From: Candidatus Hadarchaeota archaeon
GTDB lineage: Archaea; CAYQAE01; CAYVLA01
Assembly (NCBI GenBank): GCA_964621445.1
Contig: CAZUNO010000001.1
Location: forward strand, 104,496 to 168,495
DNA: 64,000 bases
Reading direction: 5' to 3'
The notes under the pieces were generated by a model. That model was not told the DNA's origin. It ran no database searches and was given only the letters and a program-made list of their open reading frames with translations. The position numbers and the translations under genes are program-made. Below are positions 38,707 through 47,974 of this stretch, piece by piece (positions within the stretch are counted from its first letter, which is position 1; the number at the start of each line of letters is the position of its first letter).

Positions 38707-38943
38707 TTACTGCTCTAGCTCCTGCCAATTCCCTATATCGTTGTCTTCCAGGATGTTCTTGGCCTCGTCATCGACCTCGACCAGGACCTGCCACATCTTG
38801 ACGTCATACCCTTTTTTCTTAGCTTCTTTGCCCATCATGTAGTCCTTTATGTGATCCCTTATTTCGGATTTGGCATAAGCGAAATCCAGTTCGGTGTCAA
38901 ATACAACGTATGGCATGCCTTTTCCTCTCCTCTCTATCGGCAT
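38707..38943 (-). CDS. Hypothetical small protein
   Basis: Natural composition, co-oriented with and 13 bp from the next gene; TTATAA-like box upstream. Confidence 0.65.
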   Translation of the reverse strand: MPIERRGKGMPYVVFDTELDFAYAKSEIRDHIKDYMMGKEAKKKGYDVKMWQVLVEVDDEAKNILEDNDIGNWQELEQ

Positions 38944-38995
38944 GGCCCCTTATAATTATTTATGTATCCCTTTCTTGGCCCTGAGGTTATGAATT

Positions 38996-39736
38996 TTACT
39001 GGAGATAAGGGGGCTCCGAATCTAGCTCATTCTCCAGTTGGCCCACCGCCTTTACTTTTTGGGGGTCACCTCTGACAAGGAGGCGAACGGAACCCCTGTA
39101 ATCCGATACACCACCGGAGGAGATATGAAGGGCCCGTAAATCCAACAATTCCTTCAAGGCCTCTATCTCGGTGAATATTTTGCCTTTGATCTTGTACATT
39201 GTGGGAACCTTGTTTGCAGTGTGAATTGGAGAATTTAATTCGTCGCAGACCGCGTCGATGGGTGAGCATATGCTTTTCTCGAGCCCGATTGGGATTACCA
39301 TGGTAATGCGGCTTCCGATGATTCTAGAGTATACGCTTCCTATGGTTCCACCTACAGGGCTATTTGAAAGTACTCCCACCTCCCCTCCACTGTAATCCAA
39401 GGCATTTCCCCCTTTGATGAAAATATCGCCCTGTGACATGCTTTCTATGGCTTCGGCGAATTGCATATCCCTTTGCTGGCCGTCGATTATAACTATCTCT
39501 TGGATATCCTCCTTTTCTTGGATTTTGCTGGAAGGTGCAACGAGTCCCCAGGCAAATTTTTTCTCCGAGAGGTTCACGCCTAGAATTTCCTCCGCCACAT
39601 AACGGTTCGTCGTTCCTTTGGCTATCACGATTATTCCATCTTTGTATACCTTCCTAAGGGTGTCCCAACTGGCCAAGCCCTTAGCTATCAGTCTCTTACT
39701 TTGAGACGTTTTTAAGAGCAGTTGTCGAGCTGCCAC
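38996..39736 (-). CDS. Conserved hypothetical protein
   Basis: SKRLIAKG, GTTN.YVAEE, KGGNALD, GGTIG, PIGLEK, TEIEA pattern seen in anaerobes. Confidence 0.65.
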   Translation of the reverse strand: MAARQLLLKTSQSKRLIAKGLASWDTLRKVYKDGIIVIAKGTTNRYVAEEILGVNLSEKKFAWGLVAPSSKIQEKEDIQEIVIIDGQQRDMQFAEAIESMSQGDIFIKGGNALDYSGGEVGVLSNSPVGGTIGSVYSRIIGSRITMVIPIGLEKSICSPIDAVCDELNSPIHTANKVPTMYKIKGKIFTEIEALKELLDLRALHISSGGVSDYRGSVRLLVRGDPQKVKAVGQLENELDSEPPYLQ

Positions 39737-39741
39737 TTTCT

Positions 39742-40644
39742 TCAGATCCCCGTTCTAAGTCCTTCCTGTTCCTGCTCCTCCTTCCTCTTGGTCAGAAAAC
39801 GTACCACGATTAATGCAAACAATATAACGGCAAGTAATACCGTGGCGTCCGATAGAAGGTATGATACCATCAGGGAGGCCAGAACCATTCTATCCCCTTT
39901 GGACATATCACGCGTCATGTACCCTCTCAATTTCCGCCTTGATGCCAGGCTATCCACAGCCTGGGAGTAATCCCCGATTTCATCTATCAATCCCAGTTGG
40001 AAGGCCTCCAAACCGGTGTATAGGGAGCCATTGGCCACGTTTCTAACCTCCTCAACGGTCATGTTGGGCCTGCCCGATGCGATATCCGAAATAAGAACCT
40101 CGTAGGTCTCGTTTAGCCTCTTCTGTATGGTCCTGTTTTCCTCCTGGGTAGGGCTTCTCCATGGCTCATAGAGGTCCTTTGCCTCTCCCGTTTTCCATAC
40201 CCAGTACTTTATGCCCTCGTTCTCCAACCATTCGCTATAATCCTCCCATATTGATATAACCCCAACTGAACCGGTTAGCGTGTTTGCGTGGGCCATCAAG
40301 TCGTCGGCAGCGGAGGCTATGTAGTATGCTCCCGAAGCTCCAACCTCATCCATGACCGCAACGTTCGGCTTGGACATATTGTCGAGATATCTCCTTATTT
40401 CCATGCAGGCAAAAGCACCTCCTCCGGGGCTATTGACGTAGAGCACGAGGCCCTTAACTCTAGGATCCTTCTCAGCGTTCTCTATCTGCCTGGTTATACC
40501 CTGAAAGGAATAGATTGGACCCACCAACTGGACGATTCCAATTTGATTGGACATCTGCAGGTAGCTAAATCCAAGAAGACCGACAAAGTAAATGGCTATA
40601 ACCAGCAGGGCCAGGCGGGATGTAATTGAGAATTCTTTAGCCAA
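39742..40644 (-). CDS. sppA: Signal peptide peptidase SppA (S49)
   Basis: NSPGG, ASGAYYIA, TGSVGV, GLIDEIG. Confidence 0.92.
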   Translation of the reverse strand: MAKEFSITSRLALLVIAIYFVGLLGFSYLQMSNQIGIVQLVGPIYSFQGITRQIENAEKDPRVKGLVLYVNSPGGGAFACMEIRRYLDNMSKPNVAVMDEVGASGAYYIASAADDLMAHANTLTGSVGVISIWEDYSEWLENEGIKYWVWKTGEAKDLYEPWRSPTQEENRTIQKRLNETYEVLISDIASGRPNMTVEEVRNVANGSLYTGLEAFQLGLIDEIGDYSQAVDSLASRRKLRGYMTRDMSKGDRMVLASLMVSYLLSDATVLLAVILFALIVVRFLTKRKEEQEQEGLRTGI

Positions 40645-40743
40645 TGCAAGACCTCATGTGGGAGAGGCTCTGAGATGACTAATATCTCTTTACCAATATG
40701 GAAACCACCGATCCGCATCTCGTGGCTGAGCGTACATATGCGT

Positions 40744-40753
40744 AACATTTAAA
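40744..40753 (+). promoter_or_regulatory. TATA box upstream of psmB
   Basis: AACATTTAAA; the same 10-mer occurs at 42868-42877 upstream of tfe. Confidence 0.5.
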
Positions 40754-40808
40754 GAAAGAAATGCATTGGGCCTCGTAAGTAACCGACTAATATACACTAT
40801 AGGGGATT

Positions 40809-41459
40809 TTGATGAATGACCTAACACAGCAGGCTAGAAAGGGAACCACCACGGTTGGTTTGGTGTGCGGTGATTGTGCAATACTTGCTGCCGACACCCG
40901 CGCTACTGCAGGTACCCTGATTGCCAGCAAAAGAGCTCAGAAGATATATGAAATAGAACCACACATAGGGCTCACCACCGCCGGGGCCGTGGGAGATACC
41001 CAAAACCTGGTATCAATTCTCAGGGCGGAAGCTAGGCTTTACAGAATGAGAACCAAGGGACCAATAACAGTCAAGGGGCTGGCTACAATGACCGCCAATG
41101 TTATCCACGGGCAGAGATACTTCCCGTACCTCGTTCAATTGATGATGGGCGGTTATGATAAGAATGGTCCCAGTATATTTATGCTTGATCTATGGGGAGG
41201 TCTTTCGGAGGAGAAGGTCGGGGCCACCGGGTCTGGTTCCCCGGTTGCCTATGGGCTGCTGGAGAATCTTTACAGCCCGGAGATGTCCCAAGAGGAAGGT
41301 TTAGAACTTGCTGTGGCCAGCTTGAAGGCGGCAATTGAGCGTGACTCGGCGACAGGAAATACCATAGAGTCGGCTGTTATAGGTGAGGATGGCTACAGAA
41401 AGGTTGAACAGGATACCATCAATAAGGTGTTGAAGAAGGTACCGGAACAGAAGTACTGA
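40809..41459 (+). CDS. psmB: Proteasome beta subunit
   Basis: Short propeptide, G|TTTVG catalytic Thr, ADTRAT, GSGS, RDSATG. Confidence 0.96.
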   Translation: MMNDLTQQARKGTTTVGLVCGDCAILAADTRATAGTLIASKRAQKIYEIEPHIGLTTAGAVGDTQNLVSILRAEARLYRMRTKGPITVKGLATMTANVIHGQRYFPYLVQLMMGGYDKNGPSIFMLDLWGGLSEEKVGATGSGSPVAYGLLENLYSPEMSQEEGLELAVASLKAAIERDSATGNTIESAVIGEDGYRKVEQDTINKVLKKVPEQKY

Positions 41460-41464
41460 GGTGT

Positions 41465-42202
41465 TTGGAGTTGTCATTTATGCCACAACAAGGAGCAATG
41501 GGTTATGATCGTGCTATCACCGTTTTCAGCCCCGACGGGAAACTGTATCAGGTCGAGTACGCTGAAAGGGCCATCGAGAAAGGAGCAACCGCTGTAGCAG
41601 TGAAATGTTCGGAGGGAATAGTCTTTCTGGTTGAGAAAAGGTTTGCTAGCCCGCTGATTGAACCCAGAAGTTACGAGAAGATCTTCAAGATAGACGATCA
41701 CATAGGAACGGCAACCTCCGGCCTAATCGGGGATGCAAGGGTTCTTGTGGACAAGGCCCGTCTGGATTCTCAGATATACAGGCTGACATACAGCGAGACT
41801 ATAGGTGTAGAGGAGCTTGCCAAAAAGGTCGGTGACCACAAGCAGATGTACACCCAATACGGGGGTATCAGGCCTTTCGGAGCTTCCCTACTAATAGCAG
41901 GAATCGACGATGTCGGTGCTCAGGTATTTGTAACCCATCCCAGCGGTGCACTTTACGAATACAAGGCGAAGGCCATCGGTCAGAATAACAAGGAAGTCAA
42001 CGATGTTCTGGAGAAGAATTACGATGAGGTAGAGACCCTTAGGGATGCCATCAACCTCTCACTGGAGTCAATTGCGGAATCCATGGAAGAGCCGGTGACC
42101 AAGGAGAATGTTGAGATGGCGCTCATCAAGTCGGAGACCAGGGAATTCGAGAAGGTCTCGGACGAGTTGATCGAGGAGTTTATAGAAGAGCAGAAGGAAT
42201 GA
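41465..42202 (+). CDS. psmA: Proteasome alpha subunit
   Basis: GYDRAITVFSPDGKLYQVEYA, RPFGASLL. Confidence 0.97.
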   Translation: MELSFMPQQGAMGYDRAITVFSPDGKLYQVEYAERAIEKGATAVAVKCSEGIVFLVEKRFASPLIEPRSYEKIFKIDDHIGTATSGLIGDARVLVDKARLDSQIYRLTYSETIGVEELAKKVGDHKQMYTQYGGIRPFGASLLIAGIDDVGAQVFVTHPSGALYEYKAKAIGQNNKEVNDVLEKNYDEVETLRDAINLSLESIAESMEEPVTKENVEMALIKSETREFEKVSDELIEEFIEEQKE

Positions 42203-42217
42203 GTGTCCATCCGGATA

Positions 42218-42784
42218 TTAGCTCCTTTCCCCTTCCGATAATTTCGGTGGTTGACCCCTTTCGTCGAGCTCCAGGTTCTTATTCCTGTTAGAGGGTATTA
42301 TTCTTCGTTTTGCACCAGGGAACTCGAGATCCAGCTCCCTTCCCTGAAAAAGATGGTCGAGGAAGATCGCAAGACTTGATATCTCGGAATGAGGCTGGTT
42401 GGTGATCGAGATATTGTAGTCCACCATTCCATATACCTTTCCAGGAACCTTGCTACCGCCCACCAGAACCAGTAGATCTTCATTTTTTGCTCTGGACCTA
42501 ACCTTACCAATAACATCCCCCAGGGGGAGTCCGTACATTGTGAGATGTACTTTGGACCCCTCAAATGTGTTGATGACGTTTGTCCATTCGCGGCAATAGG
42601 TCACCTGGAAATCTCCTCCCCAGTTGTCGACGACATCATTCAGGGTGTCGATGATATTCTGGTCTCTGTCACCGCTAAATATCATCTCACTGGATCCCAG
42701 CGCTCTTGCGGTAAGGCCAACATGGGTGGTGGTTCTCTTGTCCCTTGTTTTACGGTGACCCAATCTTAGAACATGAACCTTCAT
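42218..42784 (-). CDS. trm56: tRNA (cytidine-56-2'-O)-methyltransferase
   Basis: LRLGHR..RDKR.TTH, HLTMYG, KVP, NQPHSE. Confidence 0.95.
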   Translation of the reverse strand: MKVHVLRLGHRKTRDKRTTTHVGLTARALGSSEMIFSGDRDQNIIDTLNDVVDNWGGDFQVTYCREWTNVINTFEGSKVHLTMYGLPLGDVIGKVRSRAKNEDLLVLVGGSKVPGKVYGMVDYNISITNQPHSEISSLAIFLDHLFQGRELDLEFPGAKRRIIPSNRNKNLELDERGQPPKLSEGERS

Positions 42785-42925
42785 ATCGCGAAACCTACAA
42801 CATTAGGCCTTTTATGTCCAAAAGAAGGCCTGAGAATTGTTATTTAGACCTAAAAAGGTTAATTGGCAACATTTAAATATTTTTGACTTTAATAAGACAG
42901 CACGAAGTTATCGAGGCCCCACGTT

Positions 42926-43429
42926 TTGGAAAAGGACCTACGGGAATACATAGGGACCAATTTGGGCGATGAAGTTCTTACCGTTGCGGAAACGATTTCA
43001 TCTAGGGAGCTAACTGACGAGGAGATATCCAAGATAACCGGTATCAGGGTCAATGACATAAGAAGCGCTCTATATCAGCTTTATGACAAGCGTCTGGCCT
43101 TTTATCGCAGGTCGAGGGATCCGGATACTGGTTGGTATGTCTACCACTGGCGTATGGACCCTGAGGGACGGGAAAGGGTCTTGGATGGAGTAAAGGAGAA
43201 GGACCTTGAGACCCTTCAGGAAAGGATTGAATACGAGCAGGAAAATATCTTCTTTGTATGCAGGACCGGGAACTGCTCTCGTTTCACCTTCGATATAGCG
43301 GCCGATAATGGATTCAAATGTCCTAACTGCGGGTCGATGTTAGAACACCACGATAATTCGAATATTATCGCTAATTTAGAATCCAAGATAGAGGAACTGG
43401 AAGGTCAGCTTAGCGGAGATCTGGAATGA
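42926..43429 (+). CDS. tfe: Transcription factor E alpha
   Basis: wHTH 'TDEEIS...R..LY.L', 'D..TGWY.Y.W', Zn ribbon with CPNCG. Confidence 0.93.
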   Translation: MEKDLREYIGTNLGDEVLTVAETISSRELTDEEISKITGIRVNDIRSALYQLYDKRLAFYRRSRDPDTGWYVYHWRMDPEGRERVLDGVKEKDLETLQERIEYEQENIFFVCRTGNCSRFTFDIAADNGFKCPNCGSMLEHHDNSNIIANLESKIEELEGQLSGDLE

Positions 43430-43995
43430 GACCGTCGAGAGAGGAGGTTCTAGGTCTTCTGAGGAAAGTAGGAGTTCCACCGCAGGTGATATCACATAGT
43501 TTAAAGGTGGAGAATGTCGCTCTACGGATAGCGGAAAAAATATCCAATAGAGGGCATCAGGTAGATGCTGGCCTGGTGTCTCTTGGGTCTCTAATGCATG
43601 ATATAGGGAGGAGCGTTACTCACGATATGGGCCATGGAATTATGGGGGGGAAGATAATCAGGAAGCGTGATATCTTTGAATCCATATTGGACCCTAGCGA
43701 TAGGGAGAAATTGGCAAGGATTTGTGAGAGGCATATCGGAGCCGGGATAACTGAAAGGGAAGCTAGAAGGAATGGTCTACCGGATGGCGATTATGTTCCC
43801 CAGACCATGGAGGAGAAGATACTGGCCCATGCGGACAACCTTGTCTGGAATGGCATCCTGAGCATTGAGGAGAGCCGCGCTGCCTTCCGTAAGAAATTTG
43901 GGGAGGAAAGTCCAATAGTTAGACGTATAGAAAAGCTGGGTAATGAAATAACTAAGCTCATGAGGCAGGAAATTGAGGAAGATAACCATACTTGA
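43426..43995 (+). CDS. HD-domain protein (TIGR00295-like)
   Basis: HS..V, MHDIGR, ERHIGAG, EEKI.AHADN; conserved neighbour of tfe. Confidence 0.88.
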   Translation: MRPSREEVLGLLRKVGVPPQVISHSLKVENVALRIAEKISNRGHQVDAGLVSLGSLMHDIGRSVTHDMGHGIMGGKIIRKRDIFESILDPSDREKLARICERHIGAGITEREARRNGLPDGDYVPQTMEEKILAHADNLVWNGILSIEESRAAFRKKFGEESPIVRRIEKLGNEITKLMRQEIEEDNHT

Positions 43996-44704
43996 AAAGA
44001 TCTACCGGAATAGACGGGTGGCCGAGAAAGCCCTTCGAGCCATGCTTAAGAAGGCCTTGAAGATTGAGGTGGAGATAGGTTCGTTTACCAGGACGCAACG
44101 AAATTGGGTTACGGTTGCCCTGAGGGGTAAGGATGAAGTAATTGCACAGAGATATCTGGAAAACCTTTGGGGTAGGGTTTGTGATATAGGGGAATTGGAG
44201 GAGAACCAGCTAAGAAGGGGTAAGATAGTCGATCTGGGAAAGGTTGGCTATGGTATATACGTGGATATCGGGGTGGTAAACGTGGAAGGGGAGCCCATAG
44301 ATGCCCTTATTCCCGTACACAGACTGAGAAAGCAACTAGGAGTGAAGGGGAACTTGTCGGTTAATCAGATTGCAAAGTACCTTGGTTTGATGGATAACTT
44401 ACCTCTGGGTATAAGAATCACGGGTATCAACATGATGAATGGAGAGATCGAGGGAAAGCTCACCAACTCTCAGGCACGCGAGATAGGGCGGGGAAAACAT
44501 CGATTTTATGTTTGCGGTGAGACGAGAAGAAAGATTAAAAACGCGATTGATAGAACCGGGAATTCCGGCAATATAGTGAGGATTAGGAGACTGGGACTTC
44601 TGGAGAATGAGGTCCAATGCCCCAAACAGGTGGACCCTCACGATATCATCCGCGACATAGGTCCGGTGGTCAACGCCGATATGGCCGTGTGTAGGGGCCT
44701 GTAG
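43973..44704 (+). CDS. DUF2110 family protein
   Basis: GK..D.GKVGYG.YVDIG, RLGLLE; conserved tfe-HD-DUF2110 order. Confidence 0.8.
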   Translation: MRKITILEKIYRNRRVAEKALRAMLKKALKIEVEIGSFTRTQRNWVTVALRGKDEVIAQRYLENLWGRVCDIGELEENQLRRGKIVDLGKVGYGIYVDIGVVNVEGEPIDALIPVHRLRKQLGVKGNLSVNQIAKYLGLMDNLPLGIRITGINMMNGEIEGKLTNSQAREIGRGKHRFYVCGETRRKIKNAIDRTGNSGNIVRIRRLGLLENEVQCPKQVDPHDIIRDIGPVVNADMAVCRGL

Positions 44705-44784
44705 TGTAGCCTGGATTGGGTCCTCGCCAGACAGCACAGCACCCTGCGGAGGTGCATACCCGGGTTCAAATCCCGGCAGGCCCA
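44695..44784 (+). tRNA. tRNA-Arg(GCG) with 16-nt D-loop intron (44717-44732)
   Basis: Acceptor GGGCCTG/CAGGCCC; D stem GTGT/GCAC; anticodon arm GCACC-CTGCGGA-GGTGC; T arm CCGGG-TTCAAAT-CCCGG; 74 nt after splicing; CCA not encoded. Confidence 0.92.
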
Positions 44785-44814
44785 CTTAACTACCTCAATC
44801 ATTCAACGGGATCG

Positions 44815-45342
44815 ATGCCGCGATCAGGCAAGATTTCTAAATATCTCAATTGTTTAGCCTTTCGGAGGAGGCCTGAAGATCATTTGCCTAAGAAATCCGA
44901 AGACCGGTCCATACTAAACGCCTTGGTACGCAATCCCCTCATAAGAATCTCGAATTACTTCATTACCCCACAGTTCCCTGGAGGCGGCATTACAACTGGA
45001 CAAGCCAGAGCTACCGTTTTATTCCTTACCATTACCTGTGGTTTTTTCCTTGTCGTAGGTTGGTTGAGGCTGGAAATTGCGGGTGTTCTTGTCACGCTAT
45101 TAATCGTTGGCTATTGGGGAACTTTTGGACGCATGGAACTGCAGCGACGGGAGGAAAGCAGGAGAGAGGATCCACTGGATGTCAAGTTCAAGGGTGAGAT
45201 AGTGGATTGGAGGGAACTTCCTGAGAGCGAGCAGGCCAAACGTCTTGTTGTCGGGGGAATTACTGTAAGTTCTATTTTGGTGGCCGGTGTCTATATACTG
45301 ATCATGGTTCTAAATTCCCTTGGCTCATCAGGAGGGGTTTAG
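44815..45342 (+). CDS. Hypothetical membrane protein (about 3 TM); start uncertain
   Basis: Three hydrophobic segments; ORF-track start lies inside the tRNA and was moved downstream. Confidence 0.55.
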   Translation: MPRSGKISKYLNCLAFRRRPEDHLPKKSEDRSILNALVRNPLIRISNYFITPQFPGGGITTGQARATVLFLTITCGFFLVVGWLRLEIAGVLVTLLIVGYWGTFGRMELQRREESRREDPLDVKFKGEIVDWRELPESEQAKRLVVGGITVSSILVAGVYILIMVLNSLGSSGGV

Positions 45343-45358
45343 GCTTTACGGGGGAATT

Positions 45359-46000
45359 TTATTTGAATACCATGCCCGTTTTAGCGCTCCACATTAGGAG
45401 GTCCAGACCATCAGGGGGAATACCAAGCCTCTCAGCATAGGAGAGGAACAGTTTTTCGATTTTCAGATATCTACTCCTAGAAAGGGACGTAGGGACGCAT
45501 TCGATTACTTCCGCCTGGCAAAGGGTTCTAAGGACGTGTCTATCCAGGATGGCCAGGCCTCGATATCCGATATTTCTTAGGAAATGGCTGGCTTCCTTGT
45601 ATCCCAGTCCCTTTATATTCTGGATGACCCTCTCCCGGGCTTGGTAGGGGTCCGATACCAGTAATTGCGAGTATTTTATTTTGGGGTGAGAAAAAAGATT
45701 GAGTCTGGCTTCCAGGATATAACTTGCCTTGTTGTTGGCGTATAGAATTCCACATCCGTTTAGGATGTTGGCTATTTGGCCTTCAGTTCCATCTAAAAGT
45801 AAGCAGGTCCTGGCTAGGTGTCGGATCGCCCTATCGGCTCTCAGGGCTGAGCTCTGAGGGGTAAGTAGGCAGAAACACATCTCCTGGAAAACCTTCTTCT
45901 CATCGTCCAGATCGATACTGGCGAACTCCTCCAGCCTTTTCTCTATCTCGGATTTTTTGTCCTTCCACCTGGATATAAGCTCGAGGTCGGTCTCCTTCAT
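45359..46000 (-). CDS. ogg: 8-oxoguanine DNA glycosylase/AP lyase (Ogg2 type)
   Basis: FCLLTPQS, HhH 'IKGLGYKEASHFLRNIG', AILDRH, C-terminal K. Confidence 0.92.
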   Translation of the reverse strand: MKETDLELISRWKDKKSEIEKRLEEFASIDLDDEKKVFQEMCFCLLTPQSSALRADRAIRHLARTCLLLDGTEGQIANILNGCGILYANNKASYILEARLNLFSHPKIKYSQLLVSDPYQARERVIQNIKGLGYKEASHFLRNIGYRGLAILDRHVLRTLCQAEVIECVPTSLSRSRYLKIEKLFLSYAERLGIPPDGLDLLMWSAKTGMVFK

Positions 46001-46010
46001 GTTCCCACCG

Positions 46011-46610
46011 CTAGGTCCATAGCTCCCGGGGCAAATGAGATACATCATTGCTCCTATAGAGCTTGGCCCGACCTGGTTTGAGAACGATGGTGGATATGCA
46101 GCAATTATGCTGACTGAACCTTGTGTACCCGCACGGGGGGGCGCCAAGCATGTTGCTCATAAGAACCGCCCCAAAGGTGCCGTGGCTCACGGCCACTATT
46201 TCCTTTTCGGAGTCATCACCCATGGATCGTATTTTGTTTTCAATTCTTCGGGCACGTTGGTATAGGTCCTGTTCCTTCTCGGCTCCGGGCCACCATCTAT
46301 CATAAATATTCATCTTGTGGTTTGGGAATTCGGCCCTTATCTCGGTTGCGGTGGTTGCCTCTGAGCCGTCCCAGCTTTCCATGAGATCCACTAATACCTC
46401 TGGCACGTTTCCCGTTTCGTCGGAAATTATCTCGGCTGTTTTTAGAGAACGCCTGAGAGGACTGCAAAATACCGAAAATATCCCATTCTTAGACAGCTTT
46501 TTGGCGGTTAAGATTGCCTGCTGTTTTCCCGTATCAGTCAATCCGGGATCCGGAATCATCTTTCCCAGGTTCCCTTCGGATTGGCCGTGCCTCACTAGAT
46601 AGAGCTTCAA
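46011..46610 (-). CDS. Histidine phosphatase (phosphoglycerate mutase family)
   Basis: LYLVRHGQS, SPL.R...TA, VSHG; start moved from 46754. Confidence 0.88.
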   Translation of the reverse strand: MKLYLVRHGQSEGNLGKMIPDPGLTDTGKQQAILTAKKLSKNGIFSVFCSPLRRSLKTAEIISDETGNVPEVLVDLMESWDGSEATTATEIRAEFPNHKMNIYDRWWPGAEKEQDLYQRARRIENKIRSMGDDSEKEIVAVSHGTFGAVLMSNMLGAPPCGYTRFSQHNCCISTIVLKPGRAKLYRSNDVSHLPRELWT

Positions 46611-46744
46611 GATTAGTACCGGCACCACTTGGCCGGGTAATGATCTGATAAATGTGACGAAAGGAGGTCGAACGACCAAATTGGTGCAAAGCACAAATAT
46701 ATTGATCAGCTGAATTATGCTTCCAGTTCCAGGAGAGAGGTTAA

Positions 46745-47974
46745 GTGAGCTCAAGATTACCGATGACTATAATCAAGGCGCATGAGAATTGGAGAATTAG
46801 CTGTGTAAACCTGATACCTTCGGAAAACATCATGAGTCCTGCAGCTCGAGGCCTGCTCTCGTGTGATATGGGTCATAGGTACACCCTTCCCGGAATAAGG
46901 GAAATGGATGGGAGGTTGGTGGAAAATGCCTACCGTGGGACCCGGTTTATGGATGAGGTTGAGGAACTAGCCAGGGAATTGGCGAACCGCGTCTTTGGGT
47001 CCAGATACTCCTGCGTGCGTCCGATATCAGGGCACATATCCTGCATGATAGCTCTCGCCGCGCTTTGTGAAAGTGGAGATTCCATAATGTCGGTCGAATT
47101 CAGCGGAGGTGGATATCCAGGATATGCCGAGGAGGAGATGGCCGGCCTCCTAGGTCTTAGGAGCTTTGCACTTCCCTTTGATCATCTCCAGGGAGATCTA
47201 GCATATCCGGATGTCGTGGAGGAAATTGGGAAAAGGGAACCCGATGTGGTCATTATGGGGGCTTCAAAGATGCTCTTTCCTCCCCGCATAGAGAAGGTAA
47301 AGGAGGTTTGCGAATCGGTTGATGCAAGGATCATGTACGATGGTTCTCATGTCCTGGGTCTATTGGCCGGTGGAGTTTTCGGAGAGCCTCTCGATGAGGG
47401 GGCTGACCTAATCGCCGGCAGCACTCACAAGACACTTTTCGGCCCCCAGGGGGGAATCATCCTTACCGAGGACAGAGAGGTATTTGACCGGGTGGAATCA
47501 AGTCTTCACTGGAAGACTATAGATAACGCACATTGGAACAGAATAGCATCCCTTGCCCAGGCGCTTCTGGAGATAAAGAAATTCGGGAAGGACTATGCCG
47601 GACAGCTTGTACTGAATGCAAAGCATCTCGCCCGAACCCTCGATTCTCAAGGATTCCCGGTCCAGTACGCCCATCGAGACTACACCGAATCCCATCAGGT
47701 TGGTCTCGATGGAGGGAAAATTGCGGACAAATTCGGATATGGGAGCTTTGAGGAGGTTGCTAGGAAGCTGGAAAAGGCGGATATAATAATTGACTGTGTT
47801 GGCCGCTTGGGCACTAGCGAATGCACGAGACTGGGTATGAAGGAGAGGGAAATGGAGGTTATCGCCGAACTGATTTCCAGGGTCATAGTGGATGGCGAGG
47901 ATACCGAGAAGGTTGCGGAGGATGTCCACAGGTTAAGGGCCGATTTCCAGTTCCCGGCCTTTTGTGAACTCTAG
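46745..47974 (+). CDS. glyA: Serine hydroxymethyltransferase (archaeal type)
   Basis: NLIPSEN, YDGSH, GSTHKT..GPQGG, TESHQ, RLGTSE.TRLG. Confidence 0.88.
   Translation: MSSRLPMTIIKAHENWRISCVNLIPSENIMSPAARGLLSCDMGHRYTLPGIREMDGRLVENAYRGTRFMDEVEELARELANRVFGSRYSCVRPISGHISCMIALAALCESGDSIMSVEFSGGGYPGYAEEEMAGLLGLRSFALPFDHLQGDLAYPDVVEEIGKREPDVVIMGASKMLFPPRIEKVKEVCESVDARIMYDGSHVLGLLAGGVFGEPLDEGADLIAGSTHKTLFGPQGGIILTEDREVFDRVESSLHWKTIDNAHWNRIASLAQALLEIKKFGKDYAGQLVLNAKHLARTLDSQGFPVQYAHRDYTESHQVGLDGGKIADKFGYGSFEEVARKLEKADIIIDCVGRLGTSECTRLGMKEREMEVIAELISRVIVDGEDTEKVAEDVHRLRADFQFPAFCEL

Noticed and set aside
38707-38943. Pup- or ubiquitin-like modifier near the proteasome genes
   Set aside because: No GG, GGE or GGQ C-terminus and no ligase or E1 in the window
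44399-44785. 128-aa minus-strand ORF with an apparent GAGGT RBS
   Set aside because: Antisense to the tRNA and DUF2110; 'GFEP' is the usual reverse translation of a T-loop
44785-47970. Integrated mobile element at the tRNA 3' end
   Set aside because: No integrase, no duplicated tRNA 3' half, and cargo is housekeeping (ogg, glyA)
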